A stretch of 64,000 nt of DNA from the NCBI GenBank assembly GCA_964057225.1, contig OZ059894.1:15252001-15316000 (forward strand). The letters are read 5' to 3'. The notes beneath the pieces were generated by a model. It did not search any database. It had not been told where the DNA came from and saw only the letters and a program-made list of their open reading frames with translations. Below are positions 26,034-40,031 of this stretch, piece by piece. Each line of letters starts with the position of its first letter. Position 1 is the stretch's first letter. The position numbers were made by a program, and so were the translations under genes. This DNA comes from Auanema rhodensis (Eukaryota; Animalia; Nematoda).

Positions 26034-27198
26034 AAGAAACAGAACGATATCATTGAGGAAGAAGAAGCCATAGATGACAGTTGTTAGATTTTTCCATTTT
26101 TTATATGAAAAAAAAAACTTTTTTTTCTATTTTTTTGTTAAAAAAAGAAGAAGTGAAAACACGACATCATGTGTAAACATTTAATTAATAATTTCATAGC
26201 CATTGAACATAAGTTAAATAACCAAAACTAACTAACATATCCTCATATATCTTTTAATGTACAAGATATGATCAATAGATATATTTTACTATATACATAT
26301 GTATAGTTTTTTTATAATTATTTTTGAAATAATTATAAATAGAGAACGTTATTTATATTTTCAAAATTACAACCATACATAGCGTGGGCAATTTTAAGAA
26401 TAAAAATCACATGACGTCTACATACATAGTTAGATAGATAGATAGATAGAGATACATGTACATGTATACTATTACTACTATTAGTACTATATATGGACAT
26501 TGTAGACATACATACGTATAGAGAAATATATATTAATATTTTGAAATTGAGTTCAAATGAACTTACTTCATTAGTTATTCAGTTTTAATAATAATATTCA
26601 AGTTTAGGTAACTCAACAAGCACATTTCAATCACATTATTAGTCAGTTAAGATATCTTATTGTAATTTTAATTAATGCATATGAGTTTTCAAATATTATA
26701 GTTAATATCTAATAACACAAAAAATAATAATATATTGAATATTTGAAAGTTATTTCATATAATCTTAAATAAAAATTTGTTTAAATTTAAAAAATAAAAA
26801 AAGAAGAATAATTAATGAAACTTGTTTAATACATATACATATGTAGTTAACATTTAAATGTGTTTAATACTATAGTCTGTGAAGAAGAAAAATAACTTAA
26901 ATATATAAATATAAATATATAAGTTTTTTAACTATACATATATATTTTTTTTTCACAAAAATTAGTTATATGAAAGCGAATTGGAGAAAAAAAATGATTT
27001 TGTTTTCTTTTCGTAGTATATGAAAAGTTGGCTGAGTATCGCATAACTCAACCCGTACAATGTTAAAAGTATGAGAATTAACAACAAAAATAAATTTAAA
27101 AAAAAAGAAAAATAAAGATTAAAATAGTTATTTCTCTTATGTATATTATATATATATATAATGCAGCACAGAATGTATGTGGCGCAATGATTACAATC

Positions 27199-27685
27199 CT
27201 AATACAGACCACATCCTTGAAGATTTGCTTGTATAATCATATCAATTACACTATCCAATATCATTTGAACTTGATTAGTATCGGTAGCACATGTCTGATG
27301 CATATAAATAGTTTTTTCCGGATTAGCATTTAATCCTTCAAATTTTTCTTCTATATATTTAGTAGCAGCTTCATATGATTGTTCACCTGTAAATAATATT
27401 ATTATAGTAAATAATTTTAGTTAAATCAATATAAAATGTATTAACAAAGAGAAAAAGAACAAAAAAATTCCCTTTCTTGAAGACTATTTTCATTTTTGCT
27501 TTTTCTAGAAATTTTGTTCAAAGCGTAAAGATTGGAAAATATAATAGTTTATGTAATAACAGACAAGTCTCATTGGGATTTTAAATATTATCTAGAAGAA
27601 ATGATTCCAGACTGTACTTTTATTGTATTTACATGGAGGGAGACTATTTGTGTATTTATATCCCAAATTATACTAAAACCTTATA

Positions 27686-27730
<45 letters not shown>

Positions 27731-30492
27731 AACAATAAATCAGTTCAGACAGCTTACATCTAAAATGACTATGAAATCATTACAAATAGTAACTATATCA
27801 ATGTTGTCATTGATCAAAAAGTTTCAGAGAGTATATCAGACAGAGAAAGATACAGAGAAAAATAAAAATTTTTAGCCTTATTTTCCTGTCGGCAATTTAA
27901 TTGGCATCTTGATTATCTTGAAATGTAGTGATGATGAAAAAATGAAATAAAAAAGAGGAGAATAGCAGTCTCCATGGAGATACCATTGAATGTGCCACTA
28001 TCAAGCTCATAATATTCTTTGTTTACGGCCTTTGACAACGAAAAGACTTGATAAAATATCTTGAAAGTTTTATACGCTTAGAGGAAAACAAACTATATTA
28101 GAAGACTGAAGGCAACAAATGTTTTATAGTATGTTTTCTGATGTTTCATTTTTGAAACAATATTAAGGCTTGTTAGTAGATAAGCACGTATTATTGTTTT
28201 TAGGGATATCGATAAGTATTTCCTCCCTTCCTTCACTTTTTCTTTCTTTCTTTCCTTTTTTACTCTAAGCTTGAGTATCTTATCACACTAATCTCTCTGT
28301 ATCTTCTTTTTAAGTTCAATCCTTATACTTCTTAATCAAATGTTTGGAAGAAAAGAAGTATAAGCACAAAGTCTTGTAATTCAACAACTGATTTGGATGA
28401 AATTAATTCTTGAACAGTTTTTTTTTTTTGCAATTATCCAAAACAAACCTTTATAGTCTGGAAAAGCTGATGTTATATTTGATCTTTTAATTTTTTCTGC
28501 AAAAAGATCTTTCTTGTTTAAAAAGAGAATCATAGAAGTATTTATAAACCATCGACTGTTACATATCGATTCGAATAATCTCATCGATTCTACCATACGA
28601 TTCTGAAGAATTATTAATTTATTTTCTATATGACATATAACCTTTTCATACCGTAGTTTCATCTTCAAATAAAACTTGATCATATTCAGAAATAGCAGCT
28701 ATGAAGATAATGGCATTAACATCTTCGAAACAATGAATCCATTTTTTTCTTTCAGATCTTTGTCCACCTACATCAAATACTCTGTAAATATCATTTATCA
28801 GACACCAATTGCAACTTTAAAAAAAAATGTTTCAAACCTGAAATCAACATTTTTCATTTGGAACTTCACTTCGACGATACCCGTTGTCTTAATTCGAGAC
28901 AATAGGATGTCTTGTTCTGTTGGCTTGTAATCCGAAGCAGCTATCCGCTCTATTGATGATAAAAAGCTGAAATATTCAATATTAAAGTATTTCATGATGT
29001 ACAATCAATTTTAATTGTTATTTTGATTAAATTTTCAAAATGATTAAATCTTTTTTTTTTCTATTGCAAGAGATGCATTAAATATCAAATATACACATAT
29101 ATATATATATATATATGCATATGTAATGCTAATACATAATATAATTTATGGGAAAATTACTTGAAGCATTATTAATCAACTTCAACCTGATGTGAACGAA
29201 GATTGGAGTAAGAGTTAAACTGAATGATCAAAATTCGTTGATTTTCTTATTCATTTGTTTCAAATTAGAATCGAATGATAATATGAAACATACTGAACGC
29301 CACTCTCAGTAAATTGAAATTCATTTCCACGGTTGACAGCTTCTTGTGAAACTCCTTTATCAGCCCACAGACTCTTCATAGCTTTTGCTAGTTCGGGCGA
29401 AAACGGCTCCGTTTCTTTGCCAGCTTTCACGGTGTCCAATACCACACGAGCGTCAGACTATAATATAATCAGAATTGTAATGAAGACAACAGTTTTTCTT
29501 GAAAATTGTATATTTTTTTCGTTTAAATCAATGAAAACAATCTGTTTAATAAGAAAATGAAATAGAATCATTTGAATAGAACTAAATGTGAATGAAATCA
29601 CAAGAATAATATGCATCTTTGAACTTCTTTTTATAACTTAAAGCTACTTTTTTTAACCAAATAAGGATTTTGTTTTTGCTTTTGCTTTGTAGATAACTAC
29701 AAATATATTTAAATTATACTTTAGATCAGCATAATTCACAGCAAGTTCACCTTGAATTTTGATTTCATTTTCTACGAATTCTCTCATAATTATTTTTATG
29801 AAATTTTTTTTTCCGACTCAATTCATATAAATTATAAAATATATATATATAATACAAACCTCTAAAGCTGGATTAGAAAAAGGAATATTCAAAGAATTCA
29901 TAGCTCTAAGAATTTGGGCCATGGCTTGAACGGTATTGTTGTATACAACACCCCTTTGTTGATCTGATTCTTCTTGTGAGAATCCATGAGCATGCAAAAT
30001 CCTAAAATTATTTTCATTTAAAACAAAAATTAAAATAGAAAATTATGTTTCAAATAATTATGAAAAATTTATTTTCCATTGATTACCTCATTTGTTTCAG
30101 AACTGTACTTTTCCCGCATTCTCCAGCTCCTGAAATTATGCAACAATACTACAACTTGAAAATTAAAACGAAAATGCTGCAGCATTTTTTAGAAAGTTTT
30201 GAATTTTGGTCAATTTTCGTGCGATCTCCCTTTTTTTCACAAGGAGGCAAAAAATAAATTTAATTCACAACATATTCCAACATTAGATAAATACATTATG
30301 CATTAAATTCATGAATCATTCTTGTATGTATTATAAATAAATGTTGCAGTTAAAGTTTTAAAAAGGCTATTTACCTAATAGAAGAAGCTTGACAACCTTC
30401 TGCTGAGCAATATGACCTTGCATCATCTCCTTGTCAATGGCTTTGCTCTTTTGAGCCAATTCCTTTTCTTCTTGAGATTGACACATACCCAT
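27199..30492 (-). CDS. gpa-3: Heterotrimeric G-protein alpha subunit GPA-3
   Basis: Eight exons: [48 protein letters not shown]...[15 protein letters not shown]...[12 protein letters not shown]...NKKD...TCATDT...[13 protein letters not shown]- and C-termini match C. elegans GPA-3 as I recall it. Confidence 0.95.
27686..27728. repeat. (CT)n microsatellite in a gpa-3 intron
   Basis: Near-pure CT run. Confidence 0.95.
27968..27981 (-). promoter_or_regulatory. Candidate RFX/DAF-19 X-box in the last gpa-3 intron
   Basis: Minus strand ATCTCC AT GGAGAC fits RTHNYY-WT-RRNRAC; the position is atypical. Confidence 0.3.
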
Positions 30493-33400
30493 ATTGCTCA
30501 GAATATGTTTAACTGTTGATACTGTTCACAAAACAAAAATCAAAATTGAAGCACTGACAGCTGAATATTTGAGAAAAGCAGTAATATAGAAGTTAGCTGC
30601 TTATCAAATTGATAGAATAGTTAACAAATCTCCTTTAGTCCGTGTAGATGAACATCTAAATATATGTATAGTTCAATTACATAATAAGGCCACAAAATGA
30701 GAAAACAAAAAAGACAAAAATGTATTTATTCTTAGATCAATTGATAGCAACTATTGAGATCAATTGAGATACTAGGTAATATGATGATGATGACGTAGTT
30801 ACATAAAATCTCCTGGAGCTATATATGAAGAAGGAAATATCACAGAATTATTTAGGAAAGCAAAGAAGCTTTTTGTGAATAAAAATATGAAATAGATTTA
30901 TTGTATAGCTAGTATTTGATATTGAGATTAATGGAGATTTGAAACAAGAAAGAAAAGGTGGAATAAAAAGGAATTGTAATTAGTAATAGCAGTAAAAGAT
31001 CATTAATATCACTGAATAAATCGGTATACGTCAAATATGTGAAGATGCAAGTATATCAGGTGAGACGAAAGCTGTTCAGAGAGAATAAAAGAAAGTAGAT
31101 AAAGAAAACAAGTGTGTGCAGAGAACGAAAGAAGGTGGTCTCGAAGTAAAGAAAAGTAAAAGAGAGAGAGAGAGAGATATGGAGAAACATAAAGGAGGAG
31201 AAAAAGGGAGAGATTGAAGAAATGAAACATATGCCGAAGAAATAAAATATAAAATGCATAAGAGAACAGGCAAACGAAAGAGAAGTGTCATGGGGTGGAG
31301 CTTTATAGACAGAATGCCAGAGCATACCATGAGAAACTAAAGCTCAATAGCTGCATACCGCCAGTTCTAATTGGCACCTGGTATCTTTCGTGAATTTATC
31401 TCTGCATCTACTTTACTTAATCATTTTTTAGTATAAGGTTGAGTTACTTAATAGATCCAACACGGAAGATAACAAGAGATCTAATAATGGTTTTACATTT
31501 GCCTAAGTTCACGTAAGAAATTATATGAAAATATGAATTGACGTGAAAAATAAATATAATATGCAAATGAAGCTAATAACTCATTTAAACGATAGAACAG
31601 GGCATAACACGGTTGAAAATTGATTTTTCTTTTAATGTTGACTGTTAATTTGTATAGTTTTAATAATTTAGTACAGAATAAAGCAATGAGCTAAAAAAGA
31701 AATAATAGTAAAGAAAATATAATGATTATTGTTATTATAAAGAAGAAAAAATAAAACGCCTCTGGGAAACAATTTGTAAACGTTTTTGAATGAAAAAGGG
31801 AAATAACAAGAAAAACAAACAAAAATAGAATTACTTCTTAATTCTCTTGACTGTCACAGCACAATGAACAGCATCTCATTTATTTTCTAAATTCGAGCTT
31901 TACGTAGATACATACAAGTGTGTATGTACATATATAGTATATGGCATGTATACACATACATGTGCAAGTATTAACTTGTGTTTTTGTTTGGAATAAATTA
32001 CATACTATATACTATTATAACTTATATTATAACTTAACTATACATACACACGTACATGTATATCCATATTTGAACTTTTTCTTTCTTTTTCTTTTTATAA
32101 AAATTTATGGTTGAAGGAATCATTATTTGTATTTTAAAATAAAAATTTTCGTCTATTCATTAGCTAGATAAATGCACAAATGCGTGTGAATTTTTGAATA
32201 AAATACCCGTATATATCAAAGAGAATAAAGAAAAAAGGCGAAAATTAAAAGACAGAAATAGATGATATAAGCGATAGTATGTAGCTCATGAATTTAAAAA
32301 AAATTATTGTATATATATATATATATATATATAATTAGTTTAGAGAAGCAATTTTCTCAATTCTAAATAGATATTGCTGCGTCAATGTAGGTGGCAGCTT
32401 TAGTCAAGTTTGCTAGCATTGTTGTTATCAAATGAGACTTTACAAGTTGAATAGCAAAAATGGATAATTTTTCTGAAATTTGACTGAAAGAATGATATCA
32501 AATTGAAAAATTAAACATGTTCAGTGTGTGTACCATGTATGTATGTATCCATCAACGTTCACATGCCCGAATTGATCATTTAATTGAATTAATTACCTGT
32601 TCGATGTAGATTAAAATATGCGATTCCTGATATCTGAACTGAGCATAAAGCTAAAGCTCAAGAAATTACTTAGAAATTATTTCGATCAGTGAATTAGAAA
32701 AGAATTCACCAATAAATGGCAGCTTTAATTTTTGAAAAAAAAGTTTAATTTTCATATAAGAAGTGGGAGATCAATGTATAAAATGTGATCAGTTTTCATG
32801 AATATTCAAGAATGAAGCTGATAATAATCGAAAATAACTAGTTATAAACGTATGAAGTTTATGAAAATAGAGAAGTAGTACAGGAATATGTCCTCAACTG
32901 AAAATTATACAAAAGGTTCTGTATACTAAGCTTGTTAAAGAGGGAATTCCGTTCATTTGATGATAATTTAAGTGCGGTGTTTATTCTCATTTTTGGAAAA
33001 ACAGAATAATTGTTATAAATGCAATTAAACTTTAATATTATTCAATTAATTGTATATATATATCTAAAACATTATTCAATATTTCATGATTAACTTACAC
33101 TTCATAAAGAAGAAAATGAAGAATGAAAAAGAAACATACAAGACAAACACATACATACATACACACTAACATTTATTCATACATACACAACAACGTAAAC
33201 AAAAATAATAAATGAGATTCAAGATACATGTCGATACATCTGTAGAACATCAAAATCAGAGAACATATACTAATTGCTGGTTATTAAATATTCTCTGTGA
33301 TATACATAGTTTTGAAAAATACTTGAAGATTTAATGCTATAACATACTTTGTATGCAGTGTTGCTTAGCAAACAAAAAAAAATCTGGAGAAGAAGAAATA

Positions 33401-36400
33401 AATAGCAAAATGCAGAAGCAAAAGAAAATAATATTCGTTTAATTAGAGAATTATATAAATATGTGTCAGGTTCTTTTTTTTTGTTTCAAGAAAAAAAGAA
33501 AGAAACTGCTGTTTTTGTGCAGAAGTTCGAGTGGAAACATTATAATTTTCTGAAAACGGCAGATAGATAGATTGTATTTGAATCTTTTAATATTATGACA
33601 GAAAGTAAAGAATATCTAAATATAATAATATATATATAAATAGTAACTTACTTATATATTTATTTATATTTGTTTATTTTTAATAATATTATAGATTATT
33701 AGTTAAATATATATATATATATTTTAATACAACACATAGTTACGTATATATACATATATGTATATCTTATATATATAATTATATAATTCTATTGAAATTT
33801 TTCAAATTCTCAGACAGAATTTCATAAATTTTGTGTTATACATATGTGTACATACATACTTCACGCAATCAACATTCATATTGTATGTTAAATAATGAAA
33901 ATAGACAAAATGTTTTGTTGATCATCAATATACAAAAAAAAAAAATTTTTACACATATTTATAATTATATATATAATATATATTTATATATTAATTTGAG
34001 AAAGTGTCTGGATAAATCACAAAATGAAGAATATATGAGAATTGAGGTGAAAATGGGAAAAGAAATGAGGGCAAACTAGAAGTAGTTAAACTAAATGAAA
34101 AATATTATTTATAACAAATAAGAAATGAAGCATACTGCCACATAAATAGCTAAATCAAATGCATATATTACGTCATACTTACATATGATTTCAGATCTTG
34201 ATGAGTAATTCGTGAAAATATCACTTAAAGAATGATGAGTAAATATTATATTATACATATATAAATATATATTTATATATATATTAAATATGAAATACAT
34301 ATATACATATGTATGTATCATAAAATCGTTTTATAATATAATAGAAATTATCATAATTTACTATGAATCAGAGAACGCGGAAGTCAACCGTTTTGCCAAA
34401 AGCCACAAATGAAAATGAAAACGATTTTCGCCAAATGAGTTATCGATATTCTAAATACTAGTCATATCACGTCTCAACGAGTAAAATAGATTCATAAAAA
34501 ATATTTAACGTGTTGAGATTATTTCTCCAAACATCTATTATTCCGCAAAATTTTTAGAAATTTTATATGAAGAAATGAAAAAATAAAGAATTACGAAGTA
34601 TTCTTTTAATTAGGAAAAGGCGGATAAAATTAAAATGAGAAAGTTAAAATTAAAATTCTTAAGAGATGTGCATGTGTGTGGGTATGTGTACTTAAAGGAG
34701 TGGAATAAAGATATGACGTGCATAAGACAAATGAAATAAGATTAAATTGGTGGAAAATGAAAAGCCTAAAACGTTTGAGTGCGATCCGATTGAATTTAGT
34801 TTTAGGAGATCAAATCCAGTTTTAATAATTTTTTTTCGTCGAAATTAAGGGATAAAGTTAAAGTTTTAGAACATTGAAGCTTTAAAATTGGATTATATGG
34901 ATATTGAGAATATTGGCTCCGAGAAGCTTCTTATTTTATAAAATTATATTTATCCGTTTGATTTGTCGAAATTTTGACAAAGAAAATCATTCAATTTCTT
35001 TTTCGTTTGACGATAAAACAATGTCTTTTCGAAGCTGCAAGTTTGTACTTGTATAGAAATAAAATTGGATGAATACAATTTTGTATTTAATCTGTAGTAT
35101 GACATGAGCATAAGCTTGAGCGCATCTGCAGCTTCTCTTGCTGCCTCTTGACGTGGGAAGCTTCTTAGCATAGAACAACCCAAGTCACCTGAGTCTCGAA
35201 GCTTGATTAAGGTTCAGTCGCATAGCTTGATTGAACTAATGAAAGCTCTGCAGCTCTTTTGAATTGAACACAGAGGGGGTGTTTGGAAAACGGCACAAGG
35301 TACAAATTTTGTAAATTTTGTTTTTTTTTTGTTTAAAATTTCATATAAGCTTACGTGCTTTTACATATATTTTATTCGAAGAAAATCTTTTATTCTAAAT
35401 TAAATAAATTTTGAACTACTTTGAAAATAAAATAAATGCACCACTACTATTTAAAATGAATATATTTTAAAGAAAAAAAACATAAATTCAGAATAGATTT
35501 AAACAAAATATTAATGAATATACACATGTATATCTATACATTCATACGTATGTACTTTATATAATAGATTGAAATTAATATTAAAAACTATTTTTAATAA
35601 TATCGATTAGTCTTAATTCAATTTTGTAAGCTCAAAAAATCATAATTCAACCAATATATATTTTATTTAATAATTGAAAAATTTGCAAAGTGGACATGAG
35701 CAAATGTGAAATAAAACAGAAAAATACAAATATCTTGAAAGAAAAATCGTTATTGTAAGAATAAAATTCAGTTTTTAACTATAATAGTTAAATAGAAATC
35801 AATAATTTAATATAATAATTTGGAAAAAAAGCTTTGATTCAAAGCTTCAAGCGTCAAAAACAGCAAAATATACATATGTATATACATATATTTATATTTC
35901 TATATACATAAATAGGATAAGAAATATAAATAATTTTATAAACTTTAAAAGAAAAGCCAAACAACTTGATATCATAAGTCTGAAATCTGACCAGCACCAG
36001 CTCCAACACTACATGAGAGCTGCCTTTCCTTTTTTCATATATCCTCCCTTTACACCATTAATTCTGTTTTCGACTCCATCCACTTTTCTCTTTTCCTTTT
36101 TCTCAATATATCTCGATAACTATTTCTCAATTTGGTTATCTATTCATGCATATGGTTAACTGATCATAGCTTAACACCATGTATTCAGTAAAATCACTTC
36201 ATGATTCGTTTGGGGAGTCGTTTGTTTGAAAGTATATCTCCGCATATTCGTCTCTATAGGCAACATGATGTGATCGACCTCAAACTTAACTCAACGTATT
36301 GAAAATTCAATTATATTTCTATTAAAAAGAAAAAAGAAAACATTTTGATTGTAATAAACAAATATAAAATTTGAAAAAATAAATAAAAATAGTTAAATAT

Positions 36401-36809
36401 AAACTATTTTTTCATAATATATTATATGTTTTATATATTATAACAACAATTTAACTAAATAAATATGTATTGATACATATAAATACATATTATATAATGA
36501 TTAGTTAGATATTTATTTGGTAAATGTAAGAATCAAAAATTATATTTTGTCTTAGAATACAGATCAAAAAATAAATTATTGAGGAAAAAGAAAAAGCAAA
36601 GTAACTGTTTGAATAACCTGATTATGTAATGTATGATTAAGCTTTAAAATTTAATAAAAGCTTAATCTATATGTTATACATGATAGATACGTTAATTACA
36701 GATTTGCTGTTTGCATATTACGCTTCTATTCATTAATCTTGTTATCAGTTCTGTTTGAGATGAACAAGAGAAAATGAAGTGACAGAAGTGTTGAGGTTGA
36801 AAGAAAGAT

Positions 36810-36825
36810 AGAGAGAGAAAGAGAG

Positions 36826-36856
<31 letters not shown>

Positions 36857-36894
36857 AAGAGAGAGAAAGAGAGGGAGAGGAGAGGGAGAGAGAG
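36810..36894. repeat. Degenerate (GA)n polypurine tract
   Basis: About 85 nt of G and A only. Confidence 0.9.
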
Positions 36895-37711
36895 AAAAAA
36901 TGATGTGTAAGGATGAAAGAAAAGAGGTGGAGAAAGAAAATGATCGGTAATATGGGATTTCCTCTCATGAATGTTTTTGTGAGTTACGCTTTAATATGAA
37001 CCTGAGTAGCTTTTCTCTTTTAATAAAATATTAAATCTCTGCTAAAATATGCAAATATACATATGTATATATGTATATATAGAGAGTTTTTAGTTGTTTC
37101 AATATATAAAACAAATATATATAATATATAGCATTTGCTATCAAATGTTGTAGAAAAACAAAAATTATATAGTATAATTAAATTTTTGATTTTTGAATAA
37201 AAATGAACATATAGTTAAAGTTTGTGATAGATCATGAGATAAGAATGTCGTCGTGTTTTAGAAGAGAACAGAATATTCGCTCAGATATTGAGCTTTAATC
37301 GCCATCTTCAGAGAATAACTTCAATAATATACTACCTAACAATTATATAAAAATAGAAAAAACTATTTTTATGTATTTAAATTAATTTTTGTACAAAATA
37401 AACATACGTAGATGTATGTATATATCATACATATATAGTTATAGATAATGAGTTTAGAAAAAAAAAAGAAGAAAAGATAAAAATTTCATATAAAACAATC
37501 TTTTAAATGAATTTTATTTACGAAGATAGTTAATTCAATAGTTTCAATTGAAAATTATATTTTCAAAAATTTCAAATAAAAATAAAGAAGTAGAGTTGAT
37601 TAGAGTAGATATATATGTATATTTGATATAAGTATCGTCGTGCTAATGCAGCTGCTTTTACATACTATGTATAAGCTGAATCACCTATAATTATGTTGTA
37701 CTATATATAAC

Positions 37712-37742
<31 letters not shown>

Positions 37743-37769
37743 GAAGAGAGAGAGAGAGAGAGAGAGGAA
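37712..37769. repeat. (TA)n(GA)n compound microsatellite
   Basis: TA run joined to a GA run. Confidence 0.9.
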
Positions 37770-37947
37770 GATTTAATTAGATAATTTATAAAAAAAGTTT
37801 TAAAAAATAAAAAATAAACACACCATGAACAATAAGAAAAAAAGTGAATATGAGAAAAAATAAATTTCAAAGAACATATTTGAACATTTATGAAAACATA
37901 ATAGAAAATTGTATTTGAGTTGAGTGAAAAGTCTAATAATTATGCAA

Positions 37948-38721
37948 TCAATGGTTACAGCTACGTGTTTCAGATGGATGAGTTCCATTTAGATAAATAT
38001 GTCCTAAATCATACCACCTGCTAGCTTTTCCATGATGTATGAATGATTTAGGTATGAGGTAAGTCCATTGCTTTTGACATGGCTAAATATAAAATGTATT
38101 TCAAAAGTTGAAAAGTTGCAGCTTAGTCAACGTACTCGGATACCATCATTACAATCATGGTAAATATAGAGAACAGGATCGATATCAGTGAGCTCTCGTG
38201 TTGTGCCATCCACTTGAAATTCCCCATCCTTATCCGTATAAGCTTCATCTAGCAGGTCGTCTGGATCACCGGGGTCTAAACAGGAAGAAGCGGAACTACA
38301 TGAATAATGATGAAATTTCCTTATAATAGTATCTATTTTTGGTAAATAAAATTAGAATTTCTTCGAAATACATCCTTAATATGAAAAATTTTGAAATTTA
38401 AACAAATTATATATTAAATTTAATAGATGAGAGGGAGTTAAAATTAATATTATTCATATAAATCAGTCTGTAACTAAACATTTTGAAAGTGTTTAAGTGG
38501 TATGTTTCGATATAAAAACTATATTTTCGTCTTGTTAAGATATAATATTAAACATATTATCATATTTCAAACATACTCGTATCTATATCATATAATTTTA
38601 TTTTTGTATTTCTCAGAACCAAATCACCACAGTGAGTTATTCCTTTAACAGCAACACCTTGTAGTCGAAATGTTGTTATTGTTGCAAAACAACAAATTAG
38701 AAGTAGAATACGAAAAGACAT
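37948..38721 (-). CDS. Transthyretin-like (TTR-52 family) secreted protein
   Basis: Three exons: MSFRILLLICCFATITTFRLQGVAVKGITHCGDLVLRNTKIKLYDIDT | NPGDPDDLLDEAYTDKDGEFQVDGTTRELTDIDPVLYIYHDCNDGIR | PCQKQWTYLIP...YDLGHIYL...ETRSCNH*. Confidence 0.95.
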
Positions 38722-39072
38722 CTATAAGCTTGAAGCATGAAATATTGATTAACCAATAATATAACTATATTTATATAATATTTATATTAAAGCATAATTA
38801 TGACGAAATTCAAAATATTTTATTTTAGATAACGGTAGAGATACGAGATCTCAATAACTACAAGTGAAGATAGATATAGATATCAATTCACAGCTGCGAT
38901 GTCGGCTGATCTTAGCACACCTGCTAATTTTAAAAAAAAATTTTTAATCTGAAATATGTAAGATATTGTCTTAAGAAATCAATATTATTTTAAAATTATC
39001 TACAAACACTTTATAATTTGTTCTATGTGACAATGCAATTATATTCGTGTACATATTAAACGAACCAAAACT

Positions 39073-39731
39073 TTAATCGAAATCCTCAACACGACTCTCG
39101 CCATGCTTTATTCTTGTTTCCAAGTTAAATGTTCCAAAATCAAATGTTCTTCTATTCTATAAAGAGCAATAAATTTTGAAAAAAAGAAAAACCTTTTAAA
39201 AATTGTTTCAATTTAATATATGAACCTCGCTTGTCTTGCTGAAATATTTATCAGGAATTTGGAAAATAAACTTTCGACGACCAGCCTGAAATATTAGATT
39301 CGAATATGAAAGTAAGAAATTTTTTCGATTGAAATAAAAAAGTTTGAGAGAGTAAAGTTCAAATAGTAAAATATTTACATAAATTATAATTTACCTTTAC
39401 ACCATCGTCACAATCATGATGTATTGTCATTACAAGATGCTCAAGATCACTCTCAATTTGTTCTTCAATGAAGAAAGTACCATTTTCATTTGTATGTGCT
39501 TCACCAATTAGATTTTCTACTTCTTGAAACCGATTATATATTATTTGTTATAATTATAATGAATTTAGAAATATATTTTCAACCTTGTTTTTCATTCCAT
39601 AACCGGATTAGTACACGAAACGCAGAGTATTCGCCACATATTAAGCGGCCATTTAATGAAAACCTTACAGCAGAAGTTGAACTTATAAGATTCATTATTA
39701 TAAGAAAATTAATTATAAACAAGTATTTCAT
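39073..39731 (-). CDS. Divergent transthyretin-like (TTR-52 family) secreted protein
   Basis: Four exons: MKYLFIINFLIIMNLISSTSAVRFSLNGRLICG...IRLWNEKQ | EVENLIGEAHTNENGTFFI...TIHHDCDDGVK | AGRRKFIFQIPDKY.. | NRRTFDFGTFNLE...DFD*. Confidence 0.88.
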
Positions 39732-39945
39732 GGCTGTAAATAAATAATTTTTAATGAATTAAACGACTAACAAATACAATCATGAATAAATCAATGACCA
39801 GAAGATATCATGAAAATGTGATAAGCAGCCGAAAACAATTCGATAAGAGTTTTCTATTTTGCTAATCATTTCCATCATTTTTTTTTCTTTTGAATATTAA
39901 GCCATCACATCATAATTGCAGATATTTTCTTTCAATCAGCATACT

Positions 39946-40031
39946 TCACGTGAGCTGTACACGTGTGCTACGTGTGACGTGGGTTGTGTGGGCGCGCAAT
40001 GTATGTGTGGACGTGGGACATGTACACGTGG
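39946..40031. promoter_or_regulatory. Cluster of six ACGTG cores (three CACGTG E-boxes) upstream of the TTR pair
   Basis: TCACGTGA 39946, CACGTG 39960, TACGTG 39969, GACGTG 39976, GACGTG 40010, CACGTG 40025, in a GC-rich island. Confidence 0.5.

Noticed and set aside
31009-31330. Three overlapping hydrophobic ORFs in the ORF track
   Set aside because: Artefacts of a polypyrimidine/CT tract in the gpa-3 upstream region; the same applies to ORFs at 27532, 36726, 48175 and 55788
34950-35300. 77 aa and 63 aa ORFs in a GC-richer block
   Set aside because: No recognisable motif or splice structure; more likely an enhancer
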